Assembly: GCA_010093995.1 (NCBI GenBank)
Contig: ML992504.1
Coordinates: 1,102,322-1,166,321 of the forward strand
DNA length: 64,000 bases
Source: Elsinoe ampelina
Taxonomy: Eukaryota
Reading direction: 5' to 3'
Below the pieces are notes generated by a model that saw nothing but the letters and a program-made list of their open reading frames with translations, was not told the origin of the DNA and made no database searches. Every line of letters begins with the position of its first letter. The stretch's first letter is position 1. Below are positions 1 to 11,238 of the stretch, piece after piece. The position numbers and the translations under genes were made by a program.

Positions 1-266
1 AAGTGTTTATCTTAATATAGCTAGTCTAGAATTTAGTATAGGCGGCTTAGTAATCCTTTTAATAATAACATGCTTAATTTGCTATAGCTTTAAGTGCTTT
101 TATAGAAGCGCCGGGCTTATAACCTGTTATAACTAGCAAATCGGATCGAGAGACGTGTGTTTTATTCAGAGAGTTACAATAACCGATTTATCTACTGTGC
201 GTGCGCTGACTTATCAGTACTAGTTCTTCAGTACCAGAGAAGCTGTACCAGCCTTCCATTACAACA
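1..266 (-). mobile_element. 5' end of a RIP-mutated Ty1/copia LTR retrotransposon: LTR 125-266 and PBS 113-124; the internal domain runs off the left edge
   Basis: Inverted LTR termini TGTT(A/G)TAA (125-132) and TTACAACA (259-266). The adjacent GGGCTTATAACC is the reverse complement of GGTTAT(G>A)AGCCC, the motif typical of fungal copia PBS. Bases 1-120 are TpA-rich. Confidence 0.7.
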
Positions 267-446
267 CCCCTTACCCAGATATTAGGCCTCACGAGTTGGT
301 GCTGACGATTTGACCATGCAAATTCTGGTACAGCCAACTGGTCCAGAATAGAAGGTCACTTGGGAGGCTTTTGATCAACAACAAAACACACCGCTGTCCT
401 CAACATCCTCCCTCCCTTGCTATACTCACCTCCGCCCACAGCAAGC

Positions 447-1088
447 ATGTCCTCCGAAGCCGAGGCTCGCGCCCAAGTGTCCGACATAACAGGTCAAATG
501 GAAGACACAGCCTCCCAACAGACCTCAGCCGAAGTAATCACGGGCTCATGCCTCTGCAAGAAAGTGACCTACACAGTGACCGGTGCTCCCTTGTTCAACA
601 CAATCTGTACGCCCTCCCGCCGTGCCCCCCCTACCCCGCTAACCGCGCCACCCAACAGGCCACTGCTACAACTGCCGCAAAGCAGGCGGCGGCTCGATCC
701 AAAGCAGCAGCGTCTACATGACCACGGTAACAACCCCAGATCCCCCTCGCTGTCCCTTCCCACACAACTAACCCCTCCCCCTCCCCAGCAAATCCAAGTC
801 TCCGGCGCCGAGCACCTGACCACCTACGCCGACACAGCCGTCGACAGCGGGACGCACTTCATCCGACGCTTCTGCAGCTCATGCGGCAGCCCGGTACTGG
901 GACAAAGCCCGATGGCGGAACAATTCACTGCCGTCAACGCGGGGTCGTTGGACGAAGGGTTTGTGAATGAGTGGAAGCCGAGCGTGGAGCAGTATTTGCA
1001 GACCAAGGCGGGGTTTATGCCGCGGTTGGTGGGCGAGGGGGAGGGGGCGAGGTTTGTGAGGAGTATGGTTGGGGAGAAGGTGGAGTGA
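447..1088 (+). CDS. GFA/CENP-V (Mss4-like) zinc-binding protein; introns 607-658 and 727-788
   Basis: The spliced product contains GSCLC, ICHCYNCRK and RRFCSSCGS motifs. Both introns are GT..AG with CTAAC branch sites. Confidence 0.85.
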   Translation: MSSEAEARAQVSDITGQMEDTASQQTSAEVITGSCLCKKVTYTVTGAPLFNTICTPSRRAPPTPLTAPPNRPLLQLPQSRRRLDPKQQRLHDHGNNPRSPSLSLPTQLTPPPPQQIQVSGAEHLTTYADTAVDSGTHFIRRFCSSCGSPVLGQSPMAEQFTAVNAGSLDEGFVNEWKPSVEQYLQTKAGFMPRLVGEGEGARFVRSMVGEKVE

Positions 1089-1843
1089 GTGTTTGCATTG
1101 GTGGGAGCAGAGGTAGGGAGACAGGCAGGGTGTGTATGGAGGGGGAGGGACATGGGGTTTAGCGAGGAGTTGTGGATGGCGGGGGAGTATACCAGTGGTA
1201 GTTTGTGGTGGTGTGCATACTGCAGAACTGTACAGTGGCAAACATGCGGTATCCACAATCATGCAATATTGCGGCGTCAAGCACATTGTTCTGCATATCA
1301 CCACCCCCCATCCCACCTCTATCGCCAACGAATAAACCTCCAGTACAAGCAATAGTGATCTCCCTCGCACCCCGCATCCGGTTTGGCGCCATAAGCACAG
1401 CGTCAAGTCCGCGTCTCTGATTGGTGGAGACCCTTTCACGCTCCCTGATCCGTCCCCCCGCCTCGTCCAACCAGAACCACAGCACACTGTCCTTTGATTC
1501 TAGCCATCACGGATGCTGCAGAGTGACCGCCACAGTGACTGTCGGCCGGACACGCTCGCGAACGAATGGAGCCAGTGACTTGTGCCTGGGCTTGCATATT
1601 CGCTTGTACCGCCCCCCGGCAAAGGTGGACGCAAAGATAGGTCGTCGTCGGTTCTTTTGCATTCTGTCTTTCTTCCCGTCTGTCTCGACGATTTCGTCCT
1701 GCCGTCGCGATAAAGCTGATCAAGCGACGAATCTCGATGAGCGAGGACAGCTGAGACGACTGCACGCTGGTCGAATTTTTCGACTGTCGACTTTGGCTGC
1801 TGATCACGAACTCCGACGCCTGCGGGTGGCGCATCGAATACCC

Positions 1844-3044
1844 ATGGGTAACAGGATACTCGTCGCCCGGCAATGGCGATTCCCAAAGGTCGTCATTGCT
1901 TTTTTCGGCGTCGAGCTGTGTCTTACTGTCGCTGCTCTGGCGCTGTTCGGTATCGCGGACCCGAATCTCTACCGGACGAAATTATGGCTGGATGGGGCTC
2001 TGAATGGCTTTAATAGTCATCCTGAGCAGGTGTTGTATGCGTATGCGAACCATGAGAAGCCGGTGATACCGCTTGTTTGGAGCCAATTGTACGACATTGA
2101 ACGTTTCAGATGGCGAGAGTATGCTGATGAGGACAACAGGATCACGACTTTCAATCTGGTTATATCGATCCTCTCGACCTTTCTCTTACTGGTCAAGTCG
2201 GTCATGTTCGTCATGAAAACTTGGGTGCCGCTGCTATCGCTCCTCATGCACATGATCTTGACTGCGCTGTACGCTTTCAGCACGTATGCTCAGCTGAGCT
2301 CGGACAAGTCGGATCCGTTTGGCCGCATTCAGAATGGTCCGCCATGGTATATCACCAAGAGCTGCGATGTTGTGCACGACAAGCATAACTATGGCTACTG
2401 TCGGCAAGCCAAGGCGAGTTTGGGGGTTACGGTTGCTATGGTGTATGTGAGACCAGCTTCTGAATGTCTCCATGCTGATATTCGCAGTGGGATTCTCTTC
2501 ATCCAGATCATCCTAGCAAGCTTGTCCATCGTTCCCAGCACAATGGAGAAGCAGCTCCGCGGCCACCACGATGACGAAGACTCCGACGACGAACACCAAC
2601 ACGGCGAAGTCGTCATGTACGCCCCTGAAAAACCCGTCGAGAACCCATTCTACTCCCCTCAAACACCCTCCCAAGCCCACCCCTACTCGCCCCTCCCCCA
2701 GAAACAACCCATCCACTACCAACAGGAAACCGACTACGAAATGGCCAACCTCGCCACCAAAGCCCACCTCGAATCCCAGCGCCAATCCCAACAATTCCCC
2801 TCCACCTACACCTCCCCACCCCATCTCTCCACCAACCCCCAACCCACACCACAACCCCTCCAATCCCACGCCCCCTCCCGCCCAACCTCCCACGTCCCTC
2901 ACTCCTTCACCACCAACCTCCTGCACCAATACATCCAACGCTCCCCCGCCCGCGCCATCACGACCTCAGAACCCACGCCCCCTTTCTCCCGCGAAGACGC
3001 CACCTCCCGCCCCGCCTCAACGATCTTCGACCCCCCTCCCACAG

Positions 3045-3075
<31 letters not shown>

Positions 3076-3640
3076 CCCAACCCCACGAACAGCAGCCTTC
3101 AACCGCCTCGTAGGCCGCAGCGCAACGAACGCCGAAAAAGCGCCACCCCGTCCCAAACCCAGCAAGCGCGGCCTCTCCTTCTCCTCCACCAACGGCAAGG
3201 GGGAGAACCTCGAGAAGCAGCAGCAGCAGCACCCCAAAGAGACGAGGAAACAGCGCAAAGAACGCGCGGCCAGGGAAAAAGAGGCCGAGAGGAAGAGGCA
3301 GGTCGAGCGCTACTTTGCGCTGCAGAAGGCCGGGCCGCCGGGGACGAGGTGGGAGGGGGCGTGGGAGGGGTTGGCTTCGCCACAGGTGACGACGGCGGGG
3401 GATCAGGGGCGGGTACAAGGGCAAGGGGGAGGGGGGGATGAGGGGAGGGGGTATTTTGTGGGACGGGGACGGGGACAGGGACAGGGACGGGGACAGGGAC
3501 GGGGACAGGGGTATGCGCAGGGAGGGTACGGGCAGGAGCGAGTGACGGCGCAAGAGTATATCACTGGTAGGCCGGAGGGAGAGGTGAGGGGGTGTGGTCA
3601 GCGAGGGGGGCTGCCGTTTAGGGAGCGGTATGGGTCTTGA
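1844..3640 (+). CDS. Fungal multi-pass membrane protein (MARVEL-like N-terminus) with a low-complexity Pro/Gln- then Gly-rich tail; in-frame introns 2089-2139 and 2443-2487
   Basis: About 4 hydrophobic segments and PWYITKSC..GYCRQAK. The two GT..CAG introns are 3n in length and are read through in the ORF track. Start taken at ATG 1844. Confidence 0.7.
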
Positions 3641-4524
3641 TTTTCATGTCGGCAGCGGGTAGGATGTGTACAGTGAGGGTGGAGGGTTGCGTGATGATAC
3701 CTCGTTTCGCTTTGCTCGATTTCCCTGCTTCACATTGGAGAGGTACTACCAGAGACAGGACGAGGTGATCGCGGCTCGTCCTGACGGATCGATGGGCTGG
3801 TAGGGCAGAGGCGGAAGGTATTACCACAGTTGTTAGGTCACGAAGCACAGAGGGCCGGATGGTCAAAGGTCATAATGAAATCTCATTGCTTGAACTACCA
3901 CACTGGCTATGCAAATCCCCCTGGCTGACGCCATTATCCCTAACGCCACGCACGCCTGGTAGTCATTTCCCCATTCCCCATAACGCCGGTGATGCCCAAA
4001 AGACAGGAAAAAGCGCTCAAAAATTCAATCTGGTAGTATTGACCTCGCTTGCTATGCCGCTGTCATGCTATTGTGCGAAGTCGTGGTCGTAAAGGTCGTT
4101 ATCTGATAGGTATTGTCGTATTCTGGTAGTCATCAGGTGTCGTATCTGTTAGGATGTGGAGGTCGTAGATTTCAGGAATTTGCTTGCGGAAAAGCTTGGT
4201 AGGAGAGAGCCGCTCGATTCTGGTAGGTTTGACAGGTGAGAGGTCGTAGAATTGTGTAGGTGGCGGGTCAGATGTCTGGAGTTGGCGTAGATGTGCCAAA
4301 TGTGGTAGTTTAGGTGGCACGAAAGGTCGAGGGAAAAGGGTACACAGGGTTCAGTAGGTGTCGATGGTAGTAGGTGTCGATGGAAGTAGGTGTGGTAGTT
4401 TGATAGGTGAGACGGTTGCGGGTTGTGGTAGGATCTTAGGTGCGGGTATGGCCTTTCTGATCGTGAGCGGCTTGACTGCCAGCTCTTTGAATTCGATCGT
4501 GGTAGGACCCAACTTGTTCTGATC

Positions 4525-6399
4525 CTAAAAGACATCGTCGGGCCAGTCCCAGGCATCGTGACGCTCCAGGTTCTTCTCTGTGAGCTCAGCTGGCGTAGGT
4601 GTGGTAGTATTAGGGACGGCGGTGGTAGGATCGGGAGTGGCGGTGATTGGATTAGGAGCGGTGGTGGTAGGTTTTGTGGTAGTAGGAGAGACGGAACTAC
4701 CAGCAGGGACGACAGCAGCATCAGCCATCTCTCGATGGTCAGCACGCGGTGTGGTAGGATTTTCCACTTCTGCTGGTAGGCTGCCGACGTCGTTGGTGGT
4801 AGTTTGAGCGGCAGGGAGCGGCGAATCGGTATCCATCTCCTCATCTTCCTGAATCATATCCAGACGACGACTAGTCTCGCCGCTATGGCGGCCACGGAGC
4901 TCGAATGCAGGGGTGAGGAGGTGCTCAGCTGGGGCTGGCTTGGTGATCTTGCGAGGGGTGGCTTTTTTGGTGGCCGTGGCGGTCGTCTTCTTGGCCGAGA
5001 CGGCTTTAGCTTTGGCTGTACCGTTGGTTTTGTCTGAGGATTTGCGTCTCTTCTTAAGGCGAGCAGGTCCGTCGGAATCGTCAGAGTCGTCATCATTTCC
5101 GTCTGGTCTGAAGGTCTTGTCTCCATCGTCGTTGCTCTTGCGCTTCTTCGGTTTAGATGCTTTAGCTCTAGCTTTGACTGAATTGTTCAGCGTAGCCAGC
5201 TTGGTCTTCAAGTCGATAGGTTGGGAGGGCGTGTCAGGTTCTGCTCCAGTGGAGGCGTGGGTTTGAGTCGGCGTAGTGTCATCATGCTCAGCAGTGACGT
5301 AGTGAGATGGAGGGTGAGGTTTGTTCTGGGTGGGTGTTGCGTCTTCTGAGTTGAGCGAGGCGAGATCGGTGAAGCTGTCAATGCGCTCCGTGCGATTCTG
5401 CTCGTCTGCCATGATGACGTCTCGTGGTGAATCTTCTGGTAGCAAGGACGCGTTCTGATTCATGTAGAAATCGGTTCGGAGAGAGTTGCTAAGAAGATTT
5501 GGTCTTGAGGTGGCGGGGACAATGGATGAATTGTTTTGCATGTAGAAGCCTTTATTTGGGCTGCTGTCGGTGATTTGGATATCGTCCATATGATCGCTGA
5601 TGTCACTGAAGCTCCGATCAAACTCAAGGTCTTGGTCGTCACTGATGAGGTGTGATCTGTGCTCGTGAGGCTCTTGAGGCTCTCCGGCTGATGACGGTGT
5701 CGGTGGAAGAGGCTTTTGCAGCTCAACTTCCGAGAAAGATGATTGTGAGAGGGTCCGATGATTGACGGATTGCTGAGATGTGTTGATATCTGGGAAGAGA
5801 ACGCCTTCTGAGTGAAGAGTTGGCAGTCCTGGAGTGAAGCTCTTGCGGGAATTCAAGGCAAATTTTGGCTTGTACTTCTCGTAAGGTGATGGGAAGATGG
5901 GCATGGGCGAGCTCTTCTGAATAGAGGTATCGAGTGCTTTACGTGCCTTTTCGAGACGGATTTCAAGGTCACTGACTCTTTTGCTGAGCCGTCTCTGCTC
6001 TCTGAGGTCCTTCTTTGAGGCTGATTGGCGGAGGATGTGAGGATTGTGTGATTCGGAGGCAAGTGAGGTGGTTGACTGCATCCGATTGTGCTCGATGTTC
6101 TGGATGATGATATCATCCTTGGTAGTCGTGTATGTCTTTGCAATACTACGCAAGACATTGAGCGGGTTCATTCCCGCCAGCATGCGCCCGGCCTTTGCCA
6201 AGCTGTGAGGTTCGGGGGTAACCTCGTTGTTAGGCAGGAGCGCCCCCCCGACGGACGCATCCTCCTTAAATCTGGACTTTCGTCCAGGTGTGGTTGGAGC
6301 CACCGGCTCCGTCTTGCCACGGAGGGCAGCAAAGCTGCGCCTCACGCGCATTCGTCTGGTGGTGGGCTCCGAAGAGCCCACAGGCTGAGCCTCCTCCAT
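4525..6399 (-). CDS. Hypothetical, probably nuclear protein (coiled coil SKRVSDLEIRLEKARK, basic NLS-like tracts, C-terminal WDWPDDVF)
   Basis: 624-aa uninterrupted ORF with a coiled-coil segment and KKRK/KKRRK motifs. Confidence 0.75.
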   Translation of the reverse strand: MEEAQPVGSSEPTTRRMRVRRSFAALRGKTEPVAPTTPGRKSRFKEDASVGGALLPNNEVTPEPHSLAKAGRMLAGMNPLNVLRSIAKTYTTTKDDIIIQNIEHNRMQSTTSLASESHNPHILRQSASKKDLREQRRLSKRVSDLEIRLEKARKALDTSIQKSSPMPIFPSPYEKYKPKFALNSRKSFTPGLPTLHSEGVLFPDINTSQQSVNHRTLSQSSFSEVELQKPLPPTPSSAGEPQEPHEHRSHLISDDQDLEFDRSFSDISDHMDDIQITDSSPNKGFYMQNNSSIVPATSRPNLLSNSLRTDFYMNQNASLLPEDSPRDVIMADEQNRTERIDSFTDLASLNSEDATPTQNKPHPPSHYVTAEHDDTTPTQTHASTGAEPDTPSQPIDLKTKLATLNNSVKARAKASKPKKRKSNDDGDKTFRPDGNDDDSDDSDGPARLKKRRKSSDKTNGTAKAKAVSAKKTTATATKKATPRKITKPAPAEHLLTPAFELRGRHSGETSRRLDMIQEDEEMDTDSPLPAAQTTTNDVGSLPAEVENPTTPRADHREMADAAVVPAGSSVSPTTTKPTTTAPNPITATPDPTTAVPNTTTPTPAELTEKNLERHDAWDWPDDVF

Positions 6400-7472
6400 G
6401 GCGGAGGAGGGAGGAGGGAGGAGAGGGGCAGGAGAAGCGGAGCGCTTCTCAGAGCGAGATGCTCTGGTAGTCTTTGACTTAATGTTTTGCTAAAACATTG
6501 TGCAAGAAGTTATATGATATGGGAGAGTAAGTGAGAGGGAACGTCGGTGAGGTTGAAGTTGGCCAAACGCGCAACGCGCTGCGGGAGCGGTCCCCACTTT
6601 TTCCCTTGGCGCTTAAGCTGATTCCCCGCGAAGTCACGTGTGGTAGTATCTTTCATCCAAACTACCAGGTATTTTCTACCATGCTAAGAGATCGAATCTG
6701 CTGTAACAATTTTCTGGTAGTAATTGGATTGCGTTACTACCCGGAACCATGGCACATTACACAATCCTGAAGGCACCGCATTGTGTGATCTGCTTCTGTG
6801 AGAAATCCTGTGGCAGAATTCTGGTAGTACCTGATCGGTACAACTACCAGACGTAGCAAGGCTCTTGAGAGATTCATAGCTAGATCATGGTACCACAAGA
6901 GCCTGTATTTCTCATTCCAATGAGAGGATCTGGTAGGATGACGATCAGACCTCCGACCATGCGCCATGCTTACCCGCTCGTCAATCTGGGCTGTTAAGTT
7001 TACCTGGTAGGACCTTTTGGCCTGCCAGCCTCTTCCATTTCTCTTTATTCGCAACCTGATCAACACACCTAGTAGTTCCTCTGCTATTAGAACTACCAGA
7101 CTTGCGTCACCAACAGGCAAAGGACAATGTACATCTGAGATTTGATGTGATTCGATTCATCTACGTTACATGATCGCCCCTCCCTGTCTGTGGGAAGGTT
7201 CGCGATGTGATCTAGTTAAAGCAGACTAGGTATCTTACTGCGCCAAAAGCAAAGAAAAGAAGCGCTCATCAATGATGCCCATTGATCATCAAAAGAGCAG
7301 GTATCCTCCCATCGTATCATCTCATTGCAATGCTCTCGCGTGAACAGCAAGTAGCCGACCCCGGGTATAGGTATGCATAGCTGGATGGGCGTTGACAAGG
7401 CGTGAAAAACAGTCTCAATAAGGCGTGGGCCTTGTGGTGTAGAGTGGTGGGTGGTGTGGAAGGAGGGCATGC

Positions 7473-9231
7473 TTAGTGAGGAGGCCCGTTGGTCAGAGCC
7501 TTGGTGATGCGGCGACCATCAGCACGCTTGTAGCTCATACGCAGCTTGGCCATCATGGCGTCCTCGGAAGCCTCGTCATGGTCGACAGCAGCAGGTCCAG
7601 CTTGTCCGACAGAAGGGCGAGCACCCCCGCGCATGGGAGCGCTGATGTGCTGAGTGTCGAAGACTTCGCTATAGCTGCGTTTGCCGCTCCCGTTAGGTTG
7701 CTCGTGCTGGCTGTAGCTGCGGAAAGACTTCGGGGCTTCTGAATAGGCTGGAGAGGGACCGGCGCTGTTGGGAGAAGAGGGTTCGAGCAGGCGACCGGGA
7801 ATCTGGTGGTGGTTGGTGTTGAGAGCGGGCAGCATCTTGTGGTTCGCAGTTGCTGGTCTTGAAGGTTCGTGCGCATAACCAGAATGTCTTGCATGCTCCG
7901 GGAGGTACTGTGGAGGCGGAACGTAGGCAGGTTGCACTGGGGGCTGGACTTGGCGTGGCTGAGCTGGCTGATAGCCATATGCGGGCGCTGGCGGAGGGGG
8001 AGCCGGAGCTGACCTGTACTCTGGAGGGGTGGGTGGACGCTCTGATATGCTCGAGCGCATGTGATACTGCTGGTCGTATGTAGGGTGTTGCGGTGCCTGG
8101 ACCGGAGGCTGAACGTGACCTGGATACGCATAGTACGCAGTCTGTGGGTTCTGTGGGATAGACTGGGCAGCGTAGTGAGCAGGTGGTTGCTGGACATGGT
8201 GCATGGGTTGTGGTGCGTAAGTTGGAGGTGCCTGCTGGTACTGTGGGTAGTACTGCTGCTGTGGTGGGTAGTGTGGTTGGGCATAGACGCCGGGAGCGGG
8301 AGGTGCCTGGGCGTGTTGATGGTATGAGTGCGCCATATCTTGATCCGATGGACGGCGACTATTGGAAGGTGCTAATGACCTCTGGCTGTTGACGCTGGCC
8401 GACCTCGGCCTCTGCATGTGCTCCCCACTAGATGCAGTGTACATGTCCCCAGCACCGTCACCGTACTCGTCGATTTCCTTGCCGTTCTTGTCATGCTTGC
8501 GCATACGGACATCGCGGCGAATCCTGACTCGGCAGCCCTGCTCAGCGACTAAGCGGCTCAGATCGGTGCTGGTTGCGAGTCCTGGAAACTTCTTGGCCGA
8601 GTAGACCTGGAATGGATGCGACTTGACCTCGAGACGGTGAGTGACATGACCGCCCATACCCAAAGCCTTCTCATCGTCGTCGCTGGCCTTGTCCTGGTCC
8701 TTCTCCTCCTTGAGTTCCTCATACAAGTTGAAGCTGAGACGGTACTTTCCTTCATGGCGGACAGAAAGATCTGGGAACAAGAAGTAGCCTGCAGCGGTAG
8801 GGCGGTCGAGGTATACGAGGCCAGCGACTGGAGTGCCAGTGAGAACAGTGAGACGGTTAGGGTCCTGCTGGACGCGGCCATGGGCAATGACTCTGGCTTG
8901 CTCGAGGGTAGCGAAGAGAAAGTAGTTTGCATTCATTTGGAAGGTGATGTCCTTTTCGGCGTCCGGACCCTCGAAGATGCGAAGCTCTACGATAGGTGGA
9001 GGGTCAACTGGGCGGCGATCGGCGGACGCTGCATGGCTGTGAGTTTCAACGATTATACTTGGAGGCGGTAAACTTACACTTGGCTCCGGAGCCGCATGCT
9101 CGAGCTCGCTCAGGTTGTTGCATGACCGTGAGCTTGTAGGTGATCTTCTTGCCTTCCTTGGTCATGCGGACACAGGAGGCATTGGTCTCATTTGCGACAG
9201 GAATAACCTTGTCCATGGAAGTGGTCGACAT
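7473..9231 (-). CDS. veA: Velvet regulator VeA; intron 9029-9077
   Basis: The spliced N-terminus [32 protein letters not shown], together with [16 protein letters not shown] and [29 protein letters not shown], forms a velvet domain. C-terminal MSYKRADG. Confidence 0.96.
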
Positions 9232-11042
9232 GTTGGGCCAGATATGTCCAGTCCCGAGGTGAGGTCGGAGATCCCGCGGCGGCGATAAACCAGAAAACCC
9301 AAGTGAGAAGACCAGCGAGTGTAGATTTGAATTCCGAGGAGTCGCAGTCTATAAATCGAGGTCCAGACCAGACAGAGTGACAACAGCAGCGGCTTCTTGA
9401 TTTTGAAGAACCAGATACGGTAGGTGCAGTCCTTTCTTACCTTGTGAGAAACCACGTTGATCCTCCACCACGATGCGACTCGCCCTGCGAAATGAATCGA
9501 GAGTGTCGAACTTGGACAAGCGAACGACAGACGGTAATATCGCCGACGAGCTTGCAAGTGAAATTTTCCCAAGTGATGGTGTTGTGTGTGGGAGGACGGG
9601 GAGAATTGGCGTGTGGTGTGCGCGAGGAAAAGGCTGGCGTTATGGGGAGAATGGTGTGTCTGGCAGCAATCTATGCAGCTAGATGCAATCAACCAACTCG
9701 GCGGAGCCAGACCGTGAAACCAAAAACTCACAAAAAGCACGGTCACTGCACGCGATTGGGCAGTCGAGGGCTTAGCGAGGTCTTTGTGGGTGCACACACA
9801 GCGTCGACTGTGCATGTGTTTCCCTGCAGGTGTAGCAAAGACTAGTCTTGACAAGACAAGGGCCAACACGGCTAAACAATCCCAAGGACCCAAATGGTCC
9901 CAAGAGAGAACGTGCGCCGCCCGACCACGCTAGCTCGAGGTAGTTGCTGCCGGAGGTTTGGTCCGTCGACTGTTCAGCCTGTTCCCTTGTCTATTGGTTT
10001 TCGTGTCACTTCGCGTGAGATTCATGCCGTTGCAGTGAGACGTCGATGTTAAATCTTGCTTGCCTGAAGCCGTGAGCTAAATCTATGACGGATATGACCA
10101 TACGCATGCGACAAGCAGCTTCCATACATCAGCACACACCGAGAGACTAGTGTCGCAATTCGGGTCGGCTCAGAATGTGTCTGTGTGGAGTGCGGGTGAA
10201 AACTACCAGGTGAGGTTGAGCGGGTACCACGTCATCATCACGTGCAAGCCGACTTCACCTCCTGATCAGTCCCGGACGTCACTTTTGATGCCCACGATTA
10301 CACGCTGTTTGATACATATTCATCTCTCACGATGAGTCCGTCGAATGTATACGCTGCATCGCCAACATGCTGTAGAACCATCAGATGTTCTGTCAGCGAT
10401 TGGAGGTCGATGCGCACAGGTCAGGACCCTAATGCCACACAGGTATGCGATCGGAGTGTTGCTCGTAGATGCAACTTGGGAAGTAGGTCCATCAAGAGGA
10501 GACTATACGCTACCTCGACTTAGAAGTGGTGAGCTGGTCCGTGGTGATGACCCGGGTGTCGCAGAGGCGGAGACTGGATGGACGTCGTTAGTGCCACATG
10601 AACGAATTGGTCAGATGTAGTTCTTTATTGAATCAAACGGGATTCTGCTGCTTTGCGTGCGAATATGAAGCTGCCAATCCGTGTGCGTGTGAGGAAGTTG
10701 TGAGAGTTCCATGCATGTGACCCCTGAAGTGAAAGTATCCGACACTCAGGTGCGACGAGATGCGTTCACTCAGATTACTCAAATCTTGCTGGTGGTGTTG
10801 CTGACTGTCATTGTTGACACCTGGCGATGTGTGACAAGCTGTGTAGGGCGTCATCTTCTTCGAGTGAGCAGAGGGATACGGCCACGAAAAAATGACATGT
10901 CCGAAGAATGATCTAGTGAATCGACAACAGCAAGCAACCCCCCCAAAATCAACGTGGGTAATGCCCTGCCAAGGCACTACGCTCGCATGAGCAAAAGAGT
11001 GAGAGTCGGGATCACCATTTCCGCCACTTTGCCACAAACCAC

Positions 11043-11064
11043 AAAAAAAAAAGTATTATCAAAA
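11043..11064 (-). terminator. Pol III oligo-T terminator downstream of the tRNA-Gln gene
   Basis: T4 (11061-11064) and T10 (11043-11052) on the minus strand, 23-44 nt past the final tRNA exon. Confidence 0.65.
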
Positions 11065-11086
11065 GATCAACGCCCTGACGAGCTGA

Positions 11087-11238
11087 AGGTCTGTAAATAT
11101 CAGTATTAAGTCTCAATAAGGAGCAGAGTAAGCTCACCTTACGCGGGGTCGAACCGCGGTCTCCGGAAGGTAGTATCGCTGTCTTTGAGTCACCAGCGAG
11201 CTCAGAATCCGACGTGCTAGCCGTTACACCATAAAACC
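11087..11238 (-). tRNA. tRNA-Gln(CTG) with a canonical 33-nt intron (11169-11201) and a putative 47-nt spliceosomal intron (11091-11137) in the acceptor stem
   Basis: Spliced sequence GGTTTTATGGTGTAACGGCTAGCACGTCGGATTCTGA/TTCCGGAGACCGCGGTTCGACCCCGCGTAAG/ACCT. D stem GTGT/GCAC, anticodon stem TCGGA/TCCGG (anticodon 11205-11203), T arm CGCGG-TTCGACC-CCGCG, acceptor stem GGTTTTA/TAAGACC, discriminator T. Confidence 0.88.

Noticed and set aside
2513..3553. Many overlapping Pro-rich and Gly-rich ORFs (also at 31669-32809 and 36711-37944)
   Set aside because: Stop-poor shadow frames caused by extreme C/G skew over real genes.
9162..9893. 243-aa ORF overlapping the veA start
   Set aside because: Non-ATG start, no domain and atypical composition; probably veA leader or promoter sequence.
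11087..11238. Reading the tRNA-Gln locus as a 3'-truncated pseudogene or tRNA-derived SINE head
   Set aside because: The missing ACC-T reappears exactly after a complete donor/branch/acceptor set, all other stems are intact, and the locus shows no RIP. Not formally excluded without RNA data.
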